Part shown: positions 51,010 to 54,902 of the stretch, in pieces
Numbering within the stretch: position 1 is the first letter of the stretch
How the letters are laid out: every line of letters starts with the position of its first letter
NCBI RefSeq assembly: GCF_001194135.2
Contig: NC_068992.1
Coordinates: 62,868,404 to 62,923,305 of the forward strand
Origin: Octopus bimaculoides
Lineage: Eukaryota
Direction of reading: 5' to 3'
Length of the DNA stretch: 54,902 nucleotides
Position numbers and translations under genes: made by a program
The notes under the pieces: generated by a model
What the model saw: the letters and a program-made list of their open reading frames with translations, nothing else
Database searches by the model: none
What the model was told of the DNA's origin: nothing

Positions 51010-51896
51010 TATAAATATAACCCTGGATATATAGCGCATCTGTAACGGGAGTTGAACACAACATACAAGTGGGATGAGGACAATAATATGCAGTTTAATG
51101 CTGGAAAATTCTAAGCCCTGCGCTATCGACAGGATACACTGGCCCAGGAAGAATTGCAATCCCCAAATCCGAATGAGTGCTTGACTTGAGCATTGGCATG
51201 AGTCATGATGCATATTTCCAGGTGCATATTACTAATTTGGTAAAAAAAATGCAGACAGCTAGCTGGAAGGATCCGAAGTTTCAGAACAAGAGTACAGGAA
51301 ACCATGTTGGTCCTTTGGCGGACATATGTCCTCAGCCGCTTAAACTACTGGTCCCAACTATGGTCACTACACAGTATAAAATCAACGGCGGAACTCGAAG
51401 CAATCCAGCGGAGCTACACAAAGAAAATCGTCTGAATGCAACATGTCAGCTACTGGGAAAGACTAAAAGAATTAGAACTCTTCTTCCCAAAACGAAGGTG
51501 AGAAAGATATGACGTTATACAGAGCAGAAAAATCTTGGAAGTACCTGCACCAAATTTTAGTATTGACAGTTACACAAAGAGCAGAACGGCGAGTCACTGC
51601 AGTGCGTCAAAGACCCCAACATCACCATCAAAACACAGGACCAGTTTACTGCAAGAGCTTGGGTTTCAATATCCTTCCAAAATGCATGAGAGACCTGCAT
51701 GGTGTGAATGTAGGTGACTTCAAAATAAAACTGGATCTCCTCCTGTGAAGAGTTCCACGTGAGCCTACCTCACGTCACCAAACACAGATGAAGACAGCAG
51801 CATCAAACTCCCTGATTCACCAAATGCCACATATCAGAGGAAGCTTCGGTGCCCCAGCATGACCGAAGCCTTCAAGCTGATACTAGTTAAAGAGTT
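51010..51896 (+). mobile_element. CR1-group LINE, 5'-truncated 3' fragment with tail
   Basis: YKWDEDNNMQFNAGKF..FRTRVQETMLVLWRTYVLSRLNYWSQLWS..TAELEAIQRSYTKKI..SLGFNILPKCMRDLHG..FKIKLDLLL..EPTSRHQTQMKTAASNSL, tail GGTGCCCCAGCATGACCGAAGCCTTCAAGCTGATACTAGTTAAAAG. Related to 21123-21740. Confidence 0.88.
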
Positions 51897-52221
51897 ATAT
51901 ATATGTGGGTGGATGAGTAGGTGGGGTGTATAATAATATATCGATGCTGATGAGCAGTAGTGTAGTCCACTGTGCAGTTGTTCAGACAATGTTGATTTGG
52001 TGTACAACACAAATATTTGTTCACAAGAGACTGCCATCCTTTCTATAAATACTAATGTGTGTGTGTGTGTGTGTGTGCGTGTGTGTGTGTGCGTGTGTGT
52101 GTGTGTGTGTGTCGATAGACAGATATATAGATCATAGACAGATAGATGGACAGACAGACAGACAGACAGACAGAGATAGATAGGTAGATAGATATACAGA
52201 CAGACAGACAGACAGACAAAC

Positions 52222-52270
<49 letters not shown>

Positions 52271-52332
52271 TACAGATATGTATGGAAATCTATGTATACG
52301 CATATAACTATATTCGTATATTCATATATAAG

Positions 52333-52366
<34 letters not shown>

Positions 52367-52883
52367 ACACATACATACACACATGTGGGTGTATGGGAGT
52401 GGGTGTGTGTGTATTTTGTATTTGTGGGGATAGAATTTTGCGTATTTTGTTGCAAGTCCCGGAAACAGACAAACAAACAACCGATCACAAAGCTGCAACC
52501 ATTTTCAGAATTTTAAAGTCTAGCCTCCATTGCACTGACATAAAATCATTTTGCTGAATATTTATAGCAAAAATGATATCTTTGTGATGGCCAGCATTGG
52601 TAAGTATTTTCGTCTTCATAATAATCCAGAGTGAATATTCTTGAAATTATGAATTCTTATCACAGAAGCAATAAGTTGAATGAGATTTCGTGTTTGTGTA
52701 TCTCTGTTCTTTCTTTCTTTTCCCCTTTTTTCTTTCTATTTTTTTTGCCTCTTTCTTTCGATCTTCTTTTCTTGTTTCTTTTTTCTTTTTTGATGCTTGA
52801 TTTTTCTTGAGACAATTCATTTCTCTGCAATGTTTAATATTCTATATTAGAAAATTTGTAAATGTAGGATTTATGACGATTCC

Positions 52884-52937
<54 letters not shown>

Positions 52938-53271
52938 CATTCACACACATCATTCACACACATCATTCACACACACACACGAACGCATGAATGCCTGTAT
53001 GTTATATATCTGTGGGTGAAGATATATGTTTTGTATGTATATGTATATACATGTATGTATTCGAATATATATGTTTGTGTGGGGGGGGGTGAGTGTGTGT
53101 GTATGTGTGTGTGTATATAACTAAGAACCAAGGAAACGCTAATGTTTTCACATATTTTAAAACCATATATTTCTCGTATCAAATGTCGTTTTGTGTAAAT
53201 CTATTTGTATATATGTATATGTATATGTATATGTATGCGTGTTCGTGTGTGTGTGTATTCGTATGTGTGTG

Positions 53272-53316
<45 letters not shown>

Positions 53317-53417
53317 ATACGTATATGTATGTATAAACGACATATACACATAGAGACAGATAGACATATAGATAGATCGACAAACACTGTCATACACAGA
53401 CAGACAGACAGACAGAC

Positions 53418-53448
<31 letters not shown>

Positions 53449-53461
53449 TAGACAGACAGAC

Positions 53462-53512
<51 letters not shown>

Positions 53513-53882
53513 CAGACAGATAGACAGACAGATAGACAGATAGATAGATTGTGACTGACTTCTGTGAAGTGTAACACTAAGAGAAATATAGACAGAAGAA
53601 AGAGATGTAACGTGAGAGAGGATACAATTGAAAACAAGGCATGCCTGTACAACCTAAAGATGGGTAAAGATTTACAAGTAAAGTGGGGAAGTAGTCACGT
53701 GAGGAAGTGATGGATATGAGCAAGAAAGAGGTAAGAATATATAAACGGTAGAAAATATTAAGGGAGAGGGAAAATGAAGAAAATATAAAAGGGCGGATTA
53801 TAAGAGGAGAGAAAATGTCACTTTTGCGTGCACCCAATCACACTGTGATAATACATGGATATATACATACACACAATCACAC

Positions 53883-54002
53883 TTATAAATGCCGTCACAG
53901 AAATTTATGAGGATGTATCCTTCATCAATTCTGATGTCTTCAAGATTTAGGCTGCAGAAATCGATCTCCAGTTGAAATTTGACAGCCCAAAATGTCAAAT
54001 CA
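53883..54002 (-). CDS. Candidate internal coding exon (120 bp, phase 2/2), product unknown
   Basis: Acceptor CGTCTATTTCCAG; open frame DLTFWAVKFQLEIDFCSLNLEDIRIDEGYILINFCDGIY; weak donor AA|GTGTGA; non-repetitive composition. No homology recognised. Confidence 0.3.
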
Positions 54003-54549
54003 CTGGAAATAGACGTATTCCAAACCGAAACACAGACGCTCAATAGCATGCACACACATATGCGCAGAAAGACATGTATACTTATACTCAGATAAACACA
54101 TAGAAACATACAGGCATACAGACATACACATGCACATATCGAACAACGAATGCAAACGGAAATATCTCATGCCAGAAATTTTAATTTATTATAAGGTGGA
54201 AGAAGTTGTGTCTGAGTCGGTAACAGTGGCGAATACGCCGTATTTTCAAAGAAACGAGAAATCTATGAAAGCATTCAACGATTACGTGATATACTGAAAC
54301 TATCAGCGAATATTATTAGCGATCATTTTAATAGGAAACAAAAAGAAAAGCATTTACATGCATCCTGAGTACTTAATTAAAAATAACATGAGAAATATTA
54401 ACTAAAAGGTATATTAATGCATAAGAGTCAGGTTAAATTTGGAAATGATTCAAATCCTTGTCTGTCGCCTCATTCTGACATGCCACAGACAGCCGAAAAT
54501 TTATGAGTGAAACATTTCATCTCCGTTATCATAAATTCTTTTAAACTAC

Positions 54550-54665
54550 CTTATCGTACGATTCCGTAAACATTTAACAACATTCTGTACGGGAATCTCC
54601 ATATCGTCAGGATGATGAGGCGGGGTGGAGGCGATGAAATTTATGAACGTTACGTTGTTACACAT
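54550..54665 (-). CDS. Candidate upstream coding exon, product unknown
   Basis: Open frame MCNNVTFINFIASTPPHHPDDMEIPVQNVVKCLRNRTI ending AG|GTAGTT in phase 2, compatible with 53883-54002. No clear acceptor; possible ATGs at 54665 and 54602. Confidence 0.2.
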
Positions 54666-54762
54666 AGTGAGAATTTCTTCGGCCCAGATGTTCAGTAGAT
54701 TCACACACAGATGCACGCACGCGCGCGCGCACACACACATACACATGCATGCGCACACACAT

Positions 54763-54803
<41 letters not shown>

Positions 54804-54902
54804 TATGTGTGTGTGCATGCGTGTGTGTGAGCGTGTGTATATCTGTGGGTGCACGTTATGTTTGCACACAAGTATATATATAATGTTTGTACACAAGTAT
54901 AT

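Noticed and set aside
53890-54045. Cadherin-like wording on plus (EIYEDVSFINSDVFKI*AAEID..)
   Set aside because: In-frame stop, no DxD or DxNDN calcium motifs; the opposite strand gives the better exon candidate.

Overview
This is gappy (about 8 kb of N), microsatellite-saturated animal DNA. The SINE families, (TA)n/(CA)n/(ATT)n load and retroelement mix look like an octopus (coleoid cephalopod) genome; that is an inference from repeat content. The only gene I can call confidently is an intact tRNA-Leu(AAG) on the minus strand (29570-29651). The rest is mostly transposon remnants: Penelope-like elements (PLEs), two CR1-group LINEs, single R4/Dong, Hero and RTE LINE fragments, a Tc1 (DD34E) transposase pseudogene, three TA-flanked MITEs and about 20 tRNA-derived SINE pieces of three types (my labels A, B, C). 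The most notable signals are: (1) four hammerhead-ribozyme motifs of three sequence families, two next to recognisable PLE coding remnants and two forming a head-to-head fold-back pair at 41.9-42.2 kb; (2) a 3' tail with a covarying stem-loop shared by the CR1-group LINEs and SINE B; (3) SINE body/tail swapping at a common GTCGA-N-TCGAC hairpin; (4) a probable inversion inside one SINE, bounded by (TG)n and (CA)n; (5) a SINE starting exactly at the tRNA terminator. A few phase-compatible candidate exons of unidentified proteins are listed at low confidence. Nearly all ORFs in the supplied track are microsatellite or N-gap artefacts.
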